DNA of 39,154 bases, taken from a virus. Lineage: Duplodnaviria; Caudoviricetes. Numbering within the stretch: position 1 is the first letter of the stretch; the number at the start of each line of letters is the position of its first letter. This document shows, piece after piece, positions 28,078 through 36,314 of this stretch. The DNA is taken from the IMG/VR virus record IMGVR_UViG_3300033562_002408, positions 1-39,154 of that record; one strand, given 5' to 3'. The notes below the pieces were generated by a model. The model worked only from the letters and a program-made list of their open reading frames with translations, did no database searches and was not told where the DNA came from. A program made the translations under genes and the position numbers.

Positions 28078-28777
28078 TATACATCTACAACAAAATGTCG
28101 AAATTAATTTTCAATCTGGGAGATTTCAAATACTTTCTCAGGATAATATTTATAGGGACTTCAAAGGAATTGCAAAAGGATTTAGTTCTGAATTCCTTTG
28201 GGAAGTGGATGGATTTCTTTATACCAAAGATCATACTTTTATTATTAATGGAAAAGACGTTAAAGCATCTGAAATAGGAATAGAAACAAATAAAAAAGAA
28301 TCTATATATGATATACTACATGTGCAAGAAACACATAACTATATATCAAATAATAAATTACAAAAAAATTGCTTAGTGCTTGATGAATTTGGGCATGTTG
28401 GTAATGGAGGAAAAGGAGATTTAGCATTAGAGTTTGTTATGTCAGTATTTCCAACGATTTCATCTGCGAAGAACAAGAAAAATTCTAAAATAATAATCAT
28501 TAGTACTCCTAACGGCATGAATCAGTTTTACCAAATTTATTCTAAAGCGCAACAAAAGAAGAATGATTTTACGGCATTCAAGATTGATTGGCAAGATATT
28601 CCTCGAAGTGTTAGTCCAGATCAATTTAGACAAAATCAAGTGAATACTATTGGAGAATTAGGATTTGCACAGGAGTATGCGTGTGTTGGTGAAGATACAT
28701 TAGTAACAATTAAATATGATGATCAAACAAAGACAGTTACGTTATCAGAGTTAGAAGAACTTTTAAATAAAGAATAA
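28070..28777 (+). CDS. terL: Terminase large subunit fragment 3: IntC (1-100) + extein (101-204) + IntN (205-235)
   Basis: TKDH, IYDI..V...HNYI...QKN|CLVLDEF (Walker B) at 28370; PTISS, IIISTPNG, FAQEYA|CVGEDTLV at 28682. Confidence 0.94.
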   Translation: MSDIHLQQNVEINFQSGRFQILSQDNIYRDFKGIAKGFSSEFLWEVDGFLYTKDHTFIINGKDVKASEIGIETNKKESIYDILHVQETHNYISNNKLQKNCLVLDEFGHVGNGGKGDLALEFVMSVFPTISSAKNKKNSKIIIISTPNGMNQFYQIYSKAQQKKNDFTAFKIDWQDIPRSVSPDQFRQNQVNTIGELGFAQEYACVGEDTLVTIKYDDQTKTVTLSELEELLNKE

Positions 28778-28816
28778 TAAATATTCATATAAAACAAATA
28801 ACATAAGGATATTTTT

Positions 28817-29572
28817 ATGGATTATTCAGAATTAAAACAAATTATTAGAACTATAATCGAAGAGGAATTGATAATTAGTGATGATACTATTGATTTTGTA
28901 TCTGGCGGTGAAATTTCCAGTAATTTTGGTAAGTCTAAGAAAATGCAAGCATACGAAACAGGAGCAAGACCAACCACTGAATATAAACCTTTGAGTATTT
29001 TATCTGTTTATAAATCTAAAAGAAGCGACGACACAACAGCAGCATTAAAGAGATTAAAAGCAATGTCAGTTACAAAACCAGAAAGTTATTTGAAGTTTAT
29101 TAAACGATCAGCGATTTATATTGCGAATAAGTTGTTAAAAGGAACTGATTATGTAATTACTCCAAAATCAAGTCATCAAGTTTTGAGTGATTTAAAAACA
29201 GAGATTTCAAAGATAAAGCCACATTTAAAATGGTTAGATGAAGGTTTTTTAAAGAATGATGTTTCTAAAATAAAGTTAAGAACCGATTTAAAACTTAGTG
29301 ATAAAACAGTAAAAACATTAAGGAAAAATATTGATAATCAAGGTGGAGATTTTCAAATGAAGAATACACCAAAGAAATTTGCAAAAGCGTATTATGATAT
29401 ATTTGATTTTTCAGATACAGTTGTACTTGATAAATTGAAGGATTCCAAAATTACAATATTAGATGATGTATTAAGTACAGGTGCATCTGCTTATGATATG
29501 TATTATCAGTTTGAGAAATTTGGAATTGATAATGTAAATATGGTCACGTTATTTAAACAATTCGATAAATAA
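28817..29572 (+). CDS. Leader-bearing type I phosphoribosyltransferase-like protein
   Basis: MDYSELKQIIRTIIEEE; PRPP-binding loop ITILDDVLSTGAS; ITPKSS. Confidence 0.78.
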   Translation: MDYSELKQIIRTIIEEELIISDDTIDFVSGGEISSNFGKSKKMQAYETGARPTTEYKPLSILSVYKSKRSDDTTAALKRLKAMSVTKPESYLKFIKRSAIYIANKLLKGTDYVITPKSSHQVLSDLKTEISKIKPHLKWLDEGFLKNDVSKIKLRTDLKLSDKTVKTLRKNIDNQGGDFQMKNTPKKFAKAYYDIFDFSDTVVLDKLKDSKITILDDVLSTGASAYDMYYQFEKFGIDNVNMVTLFKQFDK

Positions 29573-29595
29573 ATATTATTAAAAAGGAGAGTATA

Positions 29596-29916
29596 ATGAA
29601 AAGAGACGAACTTAAACAACTTGTACGTCAAGTTATAGAAGAATCATTTGAATCAGAATCTACATTGAACGATGAAACAGATTCAGGATCTTTATGGAAC
29701 GAAGAAGATGTAGAAGTAAAAACATCTAGCAAATACATTGATGTTAGATTTGAATCTAATGTAGAAACTAATGAATACAAATTATTTGTTGAAGATGAAT
29801 TAATTTGTTCTGGTGAATTCGGTGGTGGAGGAGTAGAATCAGTTGATTATGAAAAGGGAGACGAATTTGATTTAGTGAACACTATTTATAGTTTAATGGG
29901 ATCAAATTTTAAATAA
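29596..29916 (+). CDS. Acidic hypothetical protein, ELKQII-leader family
   Basis: MKRDELKQLVRQVIEE; SD AGGAG. Confidence 0.8.
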   Translation: MKRDELKQLVRQVIEESFESESTLNDETDSGSLWNEEDVEVKTSSKYIDVRFESNVETNEYKLFVEDELICSGEFGGGGVESVDYEKGDEFDLVNTIYSLMGSNFK

Positions 29917-29937
29917 GTTATCGTAACATAATTATAA

Positions 29938-29967
29938 AAAAGGAATAGATTTAAATCTATTCCTTTT
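29938..29967. terminator. Bidirectional intrinsic terminator
   Basis: aaaaggaatagattt/aaatctattcctttt between convergent genes. Confidence 0.85.
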
Positions 29968-29986
29968 ATTTTTGTATCATTAATGG

Positions 29987-30760
29987 TTACTTACCTACAA
30001 ATTCAAAGCATTCTTGTAAAGTACCATTAAATACTTCAGTATGCGATTCTTCTTCATCATCTCCGGTATAGTCATATTCGATTACAGAGTAATCATTTTC
30101 TAACTTGTCATTTTCATAAATAACTGTTCCTTCTGCCCTTGATCCACTTATTCTCCAAGCATTATCTGCCCAGTCTGCCGATCCACCAATATTCCTGAAT
30201 GTTGATAATTTATCATATGCTTCTTCAAAATCTTTATCAACAGTTTCATCATCTTCAAGACCATCTAAAAGAACACCTAAAACTTCTTCACGCATTCCAG
30301 AATTATTTCCCTTATCGTAATAATTATCATAAAAATCAATGATATCTAATTTATCACCTTTAAATACCCAAGTAACCCATGGTCCATTAGTACCATCTAC
30401 ATCAATGTTATATTTATCAATTGCATTCCAAAGTCCTTTGTCGTCAGGTTCTGTAATTTCTAATTCTATGGTCGCTTCATACGTTTTAGTTGCAAAACTA
30501 GATCTAGAAAGAGTATCAATTTCATCATTTTGATAATAAGAATCTAAAAATAAGTTAATACGTTTTGCTTCACCTTTTAGTAACCAATTTTTATTTTTTG
30601 CTTGTGAACTAAAACTAATATTAAATTCTTGCATAAATGACCAAAAGTCCCAATCAAAAAATTCTTCTTTAGCAATTGTAACAACAACTTCATTTGAATT
30701 AACTTCATTAGATTCTTCTATAATATCTCTAATGATTTGTTTAAGTTTAGATTTATCCAT
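29987..30760 (-). CDS. Acidic hypothetical protein, ELKQII-leader family
   Basis: MDKSKLKQIIRDIIEE; SD GAGG. Confidence 0.8.
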   Translation of the reverse strand: MDKSKLKQIIRDIIEESNEVNSNEVVVTIAKEEFFDWDFWSFMQEFNISFSSQAKNKNWLLKGEAKRINLFLDSYYQNDEIDTLSRSSFATKTYEATIELEITEPDDKGLWNAIDKYNIDVDGTNGPWVTWVFKGDKLDIIDFYDNYYDKGNNSGMREEVLGVLLDGLEDDETVDKDFEEAYDKLSTFRNIGGSADWADNAWRISGSRAEGTVIYENDKLENDYSVIEYDYTGDDEEESHTEVFNGTLQECFEFVGK

Positions 30761-30823
30761 TTAATTCCTCATTCCTTTAAAGTAAAATTTATAAATGTAT
30801 TTATTTTTTAAACAAATTAACTT

Positions 30824-30831
30824 TATAAATA
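30824..30831 (+). promoter_or_regulatory. T4-type late promoter TATAAATA
   Basis: Exact motif upstream of gp4-like gene. Confidence 0.6.
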
Positions 30832-30874
30832 TAACTATTGATATGGTTAAACATTTAAAAAGTTGAGATTTTAT

Positions 30875-31366
30875 ATGAGTGGATTTTATCAAGGATTTTA
30901 TAAGATTTCTAATCCTAGTAAATATCTTGGAAAAAAACCTCCTATTTATAGGAGCTCTTGGGAGGCAGATGTTTGTCATTTCTTTGATACAAATTCAAAA
31001 GTTGTTAAATGGGTATCAGAACCACCGGAATTTGAATTAAGATATGAATTGCCTGATAGGACTACTCATACATATCACCCAGATTTTTATGTAGAGATGT
31101 GGGATGATAGAAAAATATTACGTAAGTTTTTAGTAGAAGTAAAGCCAATGTCTCAATCACCACGTCATAGCCCTCCACCTAAAGAGCCACGAATTAAGAA
31201 GAATAATTCTATGCAAAATTGGGCTGGAAGAATGAGGGATTGGATGATAAATAAAATCAAATGGGAAGCTACTGAAAAGTGGTTAAAAAAATATAGACCT
31301 GATATTACATTTATTGTTATTACAGAAATAGAAACAAAAATTTGGGGCAATAAAAAGAAAAAATAA
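30875..31366 (+). CDS. 4: Head completion nuclease gp4-like (TnsA N-terminal fold)
   Basis: YQG.YK..NP.KY.G, YRSSWE, W.SE, YHPDF, LVEVKP, N..KWEA; ATG start 30875. Confidence 0.9.
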   Translation: MSGFYQGFYKISNPSKYLGKKPPIYRSSWEADVCHFFDTNSKVVKWVSEPPEFELRYELPDRTTHTYHPDFYVEMWDDRKILRKFLVEVKPMSQSPRHSPPPKEPRIKKNNSMQNWAGRMRDWMINKIKWEATEKWLKKYRPDITFIVITEIETKIWGNKKKK

Positions 31367-31392
31367 TTAAATACTTTAAAGGGAGAATTTGA

Positions 31393-32016
31393 ATGAAACG
31401 TTCAGAATTGAAAGATCTTATTAGAAAAGTAATTGAAGAAGGTACTGAAATTGAAGATACAATTCTTACTGGAAAAAAAGTAGAAGAAGATGAAGAAGCT
31501 GAAGATTCAGAAGATGAAGATTCAGAAGAAACTGAAGAAGATTCTGAAGATGAAATTCCAGCAGGGTCTGATTTAGAAAAGACTTATATTGGCATGATAG
31601 AAAAAAGCATTAAAGATGAGCTTTCCGCAGTAATCTCTTATGTTATTATGGCAAATGTTCTTGAAGGTACAGATGCAGAAGGAGATGTATCTGCACATTT
31701 GCTTGAGCATGCTGATGATGAGTATGTTCATTTTAAAGAGCTTATTGCTTATGCAAATAATCATGGAGTTCTTGATAAGATTAAAATTGAGATTGATTCA
31801 GAATTGGTAAATAATTTACCATCAGAGCTTGAAGATGTGGTTGAATTGACTCAAGAGTTGGAAACAGGTGCTATTGAATTGTATAATGAGATGGCAAATG
31901 TTGCGTTAGATGCTAGAGATTTTGAAACATATGATTTCGCAAAAGATGCAATGACTGATGAAATGGGACACTTTGATGATTTTTCAATCTGGTCAGGGGA
32001 TGTAAGATCATTCTAA
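31393..32016 (+). CDS. Leader-bearing ferritin/bacterioferritin-like diiron protein
   Basis: MKRSELKDLIRKVIEE, acidic linker, then DELSA...Y, DEYVH, LETGAI..Y, DEMGH (E/ExxH twice). Confidence 0.8.
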   Translation: MKRSELKDLIRKVIEEGTEIEDTILTGKKVEEDEEAEDSEDEDSEETEEDSEDEIPAGSDLEKTYIGMIEKSIKDELSAVISYVIMANVLEGTDAEGDVSAHLLEHADDEYVHFKELIAYANNHGVLDKIKIEIDSELVNNLPSELEDVVELTQELETGAIELYNEMANVALDARDFETYDFAKDAMTDEMGHFDDFSIWSGDVRSF

Positions 32017-32038
32017 ATAAATGAAAGCCTAAAAAATA

Positions 32039-32068
32039 AAAAGACCTGAACAAAAATTCAGGTCTTTT
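32039..32068. terminator. Bidirectional intrinsic terminator
   Basis: aaaagacctgaa-caaaaa-ttcaggtctttt. Confidence 0.85.
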
Positions 32069-32071
32069 CTT

Positions 32072-32638
32072 TTACACATTTATTTCTTTGATATCTGATA
32101 TTTCATTAACAATTTCTATAAGGTTAGAACTTTCAGCAATTCGTCTGAATTGATGATTCCAGGTAGTTTTATCATTACTAACAAGGTAACATTTTTCTAC
32201 AGTAGGACAATTTAATGCAGTCATAATGTTTTCAAATCTATCATCAATAATTATGTTTGCATTTAGTTTTTTATAAAGTTTTTCTTTACTTCCACCAGTT
32301 GAGTGAATTTGATATGGTCTAATGACAAGTGGGAAATGTCCACAAATTTGATTAACTGTAAATTGATGCAACTCAATGTTTCTTGCGGTTCCAAGAGTTA
32401 CTTGATGTTGATCCGATAATATTTTTAGAGCATTTAGTGCTCCTGGAATTGGAGTTCCAAGTGCCATTTTTTCTGTTTGATTGAATGCCCAGAAGATTGC
32501 TGTTTTTGCTTCCTCAGGCCAATTTGAAAAAAGATAGTCTGTTGGTGAACTTATTCCAAAGTATTCCATTACTTGTTTACGTAATGGTGATAAGTCCATA
32601 AGAACATCATCAATATCAATTACAATTACTTTTTTCAT
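32072..32638 (-). CDS. HAD-family 5'(3')-deoxyribonucleotidase-like protein
   Basis: IDIDDVL, P.PGA, TAR, K, IIIDD. Confidence 0.82.
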   Translation of the reverse strand: MKKVIVIDIDDVLMDLSPLRKQVMEYFGISSPTDYLFSNWPEEAKTAIFWAFNQTEKMALGTPIPGALNALKILSDQHQVTLGTARNIELHQFTVNQICGHFPLVIRPYQIHSTGGSKEKLYKKLNANIIIDDRFENIMTALNCPTVEKCYLVSNDKTTWNHQFRRIAESSNLIEIVNEISDIKEINV

Positions 32639-32677
32639 TTTTATTTACCTTTCTAGGTTTGTTAATCGGCTGATATT

Positions 32678-32735
32678 TCCTTATATTAGTAATATAACTC
32701 AAAATAAAAAAAGTACTGAAAAATTCAGTACTTTT
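32678..32735 (-). promoter_or_regulatory. Early promoter motif fused to terminator hairpin
   Basis: Motif 32678-32717; aaaagtactgaa-aaa-ttcagtactttt hairpin directly after the hsp20 stop. Confidence 0.75.
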
Positions 32736-32745
32736 ATGTAAAAAC

Positions 32746-33171
32746 TTAATTAATAACAAACTTTAATTCTTTAGGATGTGAAACATCTTTAGGAATTGTA
32801 ATAGAAAGAATGTTATTTTCATATTTAACACTTGTTTTTGAAATATCAAAGTGATCTGAAATATATAGATCTAAATTAATATTTTTTCTTGAAATGTTTT
32901 CACAAATGTATTTACGATTTTCATATTTACTTTCTGGTTTTTCATAAATGATTCTAAGGTTTTTCGATCCTTCCGGAATGAATACCTTTATATCTTCTTT
33001 ATTAGCGCCAATGATTACCGCATCAAGTCTAAGTTTATCATCTTCTTCCCAAGCATCCACAGGAGCTCCGATTTTTGCATTTGCAAGTGGAATTAAATGT
33101 GAATCATGATTTAGTAAGTTTCTGAACATAAGATCCATGTCGTAAAAAGGGTCTCGAAATAGTTTGGTCAT
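32746..33171 (-). CDS. Small heat shock protein (Hsp20/alpha-crystallin)
   Basis: PVDAWE, G..KEDIKV, YENNILSITIPK. Confidence 0.85.
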   Translation of the reverse strand: MTKLFRDPFYDMDLMFRNLLNHDSHLIPLANAKIGAPVDAWEEDDKLRLDAVIIGANKEDIKVFIPEGSKNLRIIYEKPESKYENRKYICENISRKNINLDLYISDHFDISKTSVKYENNILSITIPKDVSHPKELKFVIN

Positions 33172-33238
33172 AATGTACCTCCATAGTTTTGTTTAACATA
33201 CAATACGTAATTCCATTCGGTAATTACAATCTATATTA

Positions 33239-33343
33239 TATAAAACCGTGCCAGTCCGTATTTTCCGTTGTTTTTTATTAAAGATGTTTCAAATTGAAAC
33301 AGATTAAAATAATCACAAAATTGGAGTGTTTCATTTTTTAACA
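33239..33343 (-). promoter_or_regulatory. Sigma54-like -24 box with two TGT-N11-ACA sites upstream of hsp20
   Basis: TGGCACG at 33253-33247 (the -12 GC is absent); TGTTTCAAATTGAAACA 33285-33301 and TGTTTCATTTTTTAACA 33327-33343. Confidence 0.4.
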
Positions 33344-33673
33344 GGTATGAGCAACAACATAAAGTTTAGGGGATCTGTATTCGAATCCAAAAGAGTCGCA
33401 AAATATTTTAACTTCTTTTATCACTTTTTCAATATCAAAATTAAAATTACTTGATACTTCTGATGGCGTTGAACAATCCTCATCATGAATCGCTAATACT
33501 TTCCCCCAACAAATTGGCCATGTAGTTGTACCAAAATTACCATGACTAACTAAACCCCATTCGCCAACATGTGGATCACTATTCATTTCATCTAAATTAG
33601 TTTCACAAAACGATTTTTCTTCTTCTGTTAATGCAAGTCCAAATACAACAATTGCTTCAGCATTATATGACAT
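33338..33673 (-). CDS. Hypothetical protein
   Basis: SD AGGAG. Confidence 0.7.
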   Translation of the reverse strand: MSYNAEAIVVFGLALTEEEKSFCETNLDEMNSDPHVGEWGLVSHGNFGTTTWPICWGKVLAIHDEDCSTPSEVSSNFNFDIEKVIKEVKIFCDSFGFEYRSPKLYVVAHTC

Positions 33674-33691
33674 TTAAATTCTCCTTTTAAT

Positions 33692-33877
33692 TTAGTCAAC
33701 TGATTCCATGTTTTCATCCCAATATTTTTTATCAATAGTGACTCTAAATTGAACTTTTTGTGGGTCTTTAATAGAAGTCCAAACTAGTTTCAACCATTCA
33801 AAAAATCCTACAGGAGTAACAGTTGCCCTAACAAGATTCTGAGTTTCATAAAATTCTTCTTCACAATAATTAGCCAT
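33692..33877 (-). CDS. Hypothetical protein
   Basis: SD AAGGA; packed cluster. Confidence 0.65.
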   Translation of the reverse strand: MANYCEEEFYETQNLVRATVTPVGFFEWLKLVWTSIKDPQKVQFRVTIDKKYWDENMESVD

Positions 33878-33892
33878 TATAGTTTTCCTTTT

Positions 33893-34198
33893 TTAAATTT
33901 TTGTAATCATATCTAATTTATAAATTAAAAGTTCATTATTTATTTTTTCCAATTCTCGTGATATATAATCATACATATTACGATACGTACTTTCAGTAAC
34001 GTCATTTTCAAACAACGCTGAACTTCTTTTATTTTTTAAAACAATAACTCTAGTATTATAAAATTGAAATTCCCAAATATCATTTGTAATCCCTTTTGAT
34101 TTTTCAGTAAGGAATGTACAAACATCACTAATCAATGGGAACCACAAATCCTTATCAGCACTAATTAATTCTCTAACTTGGTGTCTCCAAAGCATCAT
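33893..34198 (-). CDS. Hypothetical protein, C-terminal YKLxxI family
   Basis: Ends ELLIYKLDMITKI. Confidence 0.7.
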   Translation of the reverse strand: MMLWRHQVRELISADKDLWFPLISDVCTFLTEKSKGITNDIWEFQFYNTRVIVLKNKRSSALFENDVTESTYRNMYDYISRELEKINNELLIYKLDMITKI

Positions 34199-34204
34199 TA
34201 GGAT

Positions 34205-34522
34205 TTATCTACCATCTTCTGAGTTTCTAATAAAGCCACACATAACACATCGATCATAACCACCATTAGCAGTAATTCCATCAGGTACCCAAACATACAT
34301 GTGATTCTTACAATTAGCTTGAGCATCAACTTCAGTTTGAGTTTTCCGCCATACTTTTACAAGCTCAGAGTTACGAATAAACTCTTTACAAATAGTTTCA
34401 ATTTTTTCTGCTGACTTTACAGTAAGGCCTTCAGATTCTAAAATTTGTTTAATTTGATCTTCTTGTTCGTTTAATTTAGCATGGAGATTGTTAGCATGGT
34501 TTGTCCAATATTGATTAATCAT
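34205..34522 (-). CDS. Hypothetical protein with C-terminal CxxH/CxxC
   Basis: Start corrected to MINQYW (GGTGG SD, ATGA overlap). Confidence 0.7.
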   Translation of the reverse strand: MINQYWTNHANNLHAKLNEQEDQIKQILESEGLTVKSAEKIETICKEFIRNSELVKVWRKTQTEVDAQANCKNHMYVWVPDGITANGGYDRCVMCGFIRNSEDGR

Positions 34523-34662
34523 TTTAGTCCACCACTTTCTGATTTTTGAGAAAGTATACCATAAGTCAACCAATACAAACATAAAATGAGATTTACTACC
34601 AAATTACCATTAGCAGCAACAAACATATTACACATTAAAAAACCAAACTGAGAATTCGACAT
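34519..34662 (-). CDS. Small hydrophobic protein (47 aa)
   Basis: MSNSQFGFLMCNMFVAANGNLVVNLILCLYWLTYGILSQ...; stop overlaps next ATG; not in ORF track. Confidence 0.5.
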   Translation of the reverse strand: MSNSQFGFLMCNMFVAANGNLVVNLILCLYWLTYGILSQKSESGGLK

Positions 34663-34853
34663 GTTCTACCTATTTCTTTTAAATTATTGAAAAACTCTAA
34701 TATCTAAATAATCCCCAACATACGATGGAGTATGATCTTCTATTATAATATCTATTCTATTTCTAATAAAACTATCGTAATGTTAGCTTCAAGTTTTGAA
34801 TATAAATTGACATTAAGATCTAAAGATTGACCTTTATATAGTCGTCATACTTA

Positions 34854-35498
34854 TCAATCAACCGTAATGTATTTTGTTTGTCCATCTTTCATTTCTTTAA
34901 TACAAAATGACGGAAAGTTAGTACGTTTTTGAACCATTGATTCAACACTAAATACAACTCCACGTTCAGCTGCTTTTTCAGCATAAAATGGAATCATATT
35001 TGTCGCAAGAAAAGTAAAGTAACTTAAATCATTATTAAGTTTGAGATATTCATCACTAAGTTTAATATTATTCATTTTTTCAATGAGTTCATTTGCTTCT
35101 TTAATTGCATTTTCGGCAATGTCTTTTGATCTTTTAGATTTCAATTTAACATAATGATTGTGTGTTTCAAGAATAGATTTACAATCGTTTTTAAGGTTTT
35201 CAATTTCTTTATATTTTTCAGAATAAGCATTTCTTAATTCCATTGCTTTATTCTGATATTCAACAACCTGTTCTGGTAGTAGTGGTTTTGGAATTTCAAT
35301 CCCAAGTGGGTTTCTAAGATCATAATTATTTTCTTTTATAATTTTAAAAAATTCGTCAACAGATACTTCAATACCATCCCAAGTATATTTACGAGATCGT
35401 GGGTCACCACGGCCATACCGCCCACAAGTATTCATATACTCCGCGTCATCTTCATTAGTTGGTGTAATTGTGTGTCTTAGTGTTTTTGCATTTTCCAT
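34854..35498 (-). CDS. Hypothetical protein
   Basis: SD AGGAG, directly downstream of promoter motif. Confidence 0.8.
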   Translation of the reverse strand: MENAKTLRHTITPTNEDDAEYMNTCGRYGRGDPRSRKYTWDGIEVSVDEFFKIIKENNYDLRNPLGIEIPKPLLPEQVVEYQNKAMELRNAYSEKYKEIENLKNDCKSILETHNHYVKLKSKRSKDIAENAIKEANELIEKMNNIKLSDEYLKLNNDLSYFTFLATNMIPFYAEKAAERGVVFSVESMVQKRTNFPSFCIKEMKDGQTKYITVD

Positions 35499-35526
35499 AA
35501 TGATCTCCTTGATCTATAACCATTCT

Positions 35527-35560
35527 TTATATTAGTAATATAACTCAAAATAAAATAATA
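35527..35560 (-). promoter_or_regulatory. Repeated putative early promoter motif
   Basis: TTTTATTTTGAGTTATATTACTAATATAA. Confidence 0.7.
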
Positions 35561-35679
35561 GACTAAATTATTTTTTAATATTTGTATCTAATACTGTTAT
35601 AAGTATCAACCAATTTATTTTTACATATATTACATTTTCAGTATATTTCTATAGTTTATGATTAAACATTATTTTATGA

Positions 35680-35985
35680 TTATTTTTCAGTGTCGAATCC
35701 ACAAAATGGACAACAATTAGGTTTTTCTAAATAATATTCATTTATACAATCATCGCTTTTGAAATCAACTTCAAGATCAACTAATTTTGTAAATATCAAT
35801 GAATAATCTTTTATATTAACGCCAGTAGTTACAAGTATTTCTTCCCAAAAATTTGAAAAATAATATTCAAAATTTATAAATGATTTTACTTTTCCAAGAG
35901 TCTTTGCAACCCCTGGACGAGTAACAATAGCATCTTTATTCTGCTTGGCCCATTTTATTGCAAGTGTTTCATTTGTAATTTTCAT
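35680..35985 (-). CDS. Hypothetical protein
   Basis: SD-like AAGGG; terminal CPFC. Confidence 0.65.
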   Translation of the reverse strand: MKITNETLAIKWAKQNKDAIVTRPGVAKTLGKVKSFINFEYYFSNFWEEILVTTGVNIKDYSLIFTKLVDLEVDFKSDDCINEYYLEKPNCCPFCGFDTEK

Positions 35986-35999
35986 TATAATTTCCCTTT

Positions 36000-36314
36000 T
36001 TAATTACTTAACATTTCTAACTTTTTTAATAAAATCCAATTTTTTACAGCCGCTCCCCAATTTCTAACAATTATATCCTGGTTATTCCATTTTGAATAAT
36101 CAATCCATTCATAATATTTCCAATAAACATGACATGCATATCCTAAAATAGAAATTGTAACTTTTACAAACTTATTAACATTATTTTCCTTGCACCATTC
36201 CAAATGATGTTTATTAGGAAGCCTTTGTATATCTATAGGAGGCATCATTTCAACTGTTGTGTTAAAACAAGTTGCTAAATAATTGAGAACATCCTCTTCA
36301 GTTATGTCCGCCAT
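36000..36314 (-). CDS. Hypothetical protein, C-terminal KLExL family
   Basis: Ends ILLKKLEMLSN. Confidence 0.7.
   Translation of the reverse strand: MADITEEDVLNYLATCFNTTVEMMPPIDIQRLPNKHHLEWCKENNVNKFVKVTISILGYACHVYWKYYEWIDYSKWNNQDIIVRNWGAAVKNWILLKKLEMLSN

Noticed and set aside
4427-28777. terL pieces as pseudogene, frameshift or group I intron-interrupted exons
   Set aside because: Each piece has a clean start and stop and intein termini exactly at the junctions. The pieces are on opposite strands with intact genes between them, which excludes cis RNA splicing.
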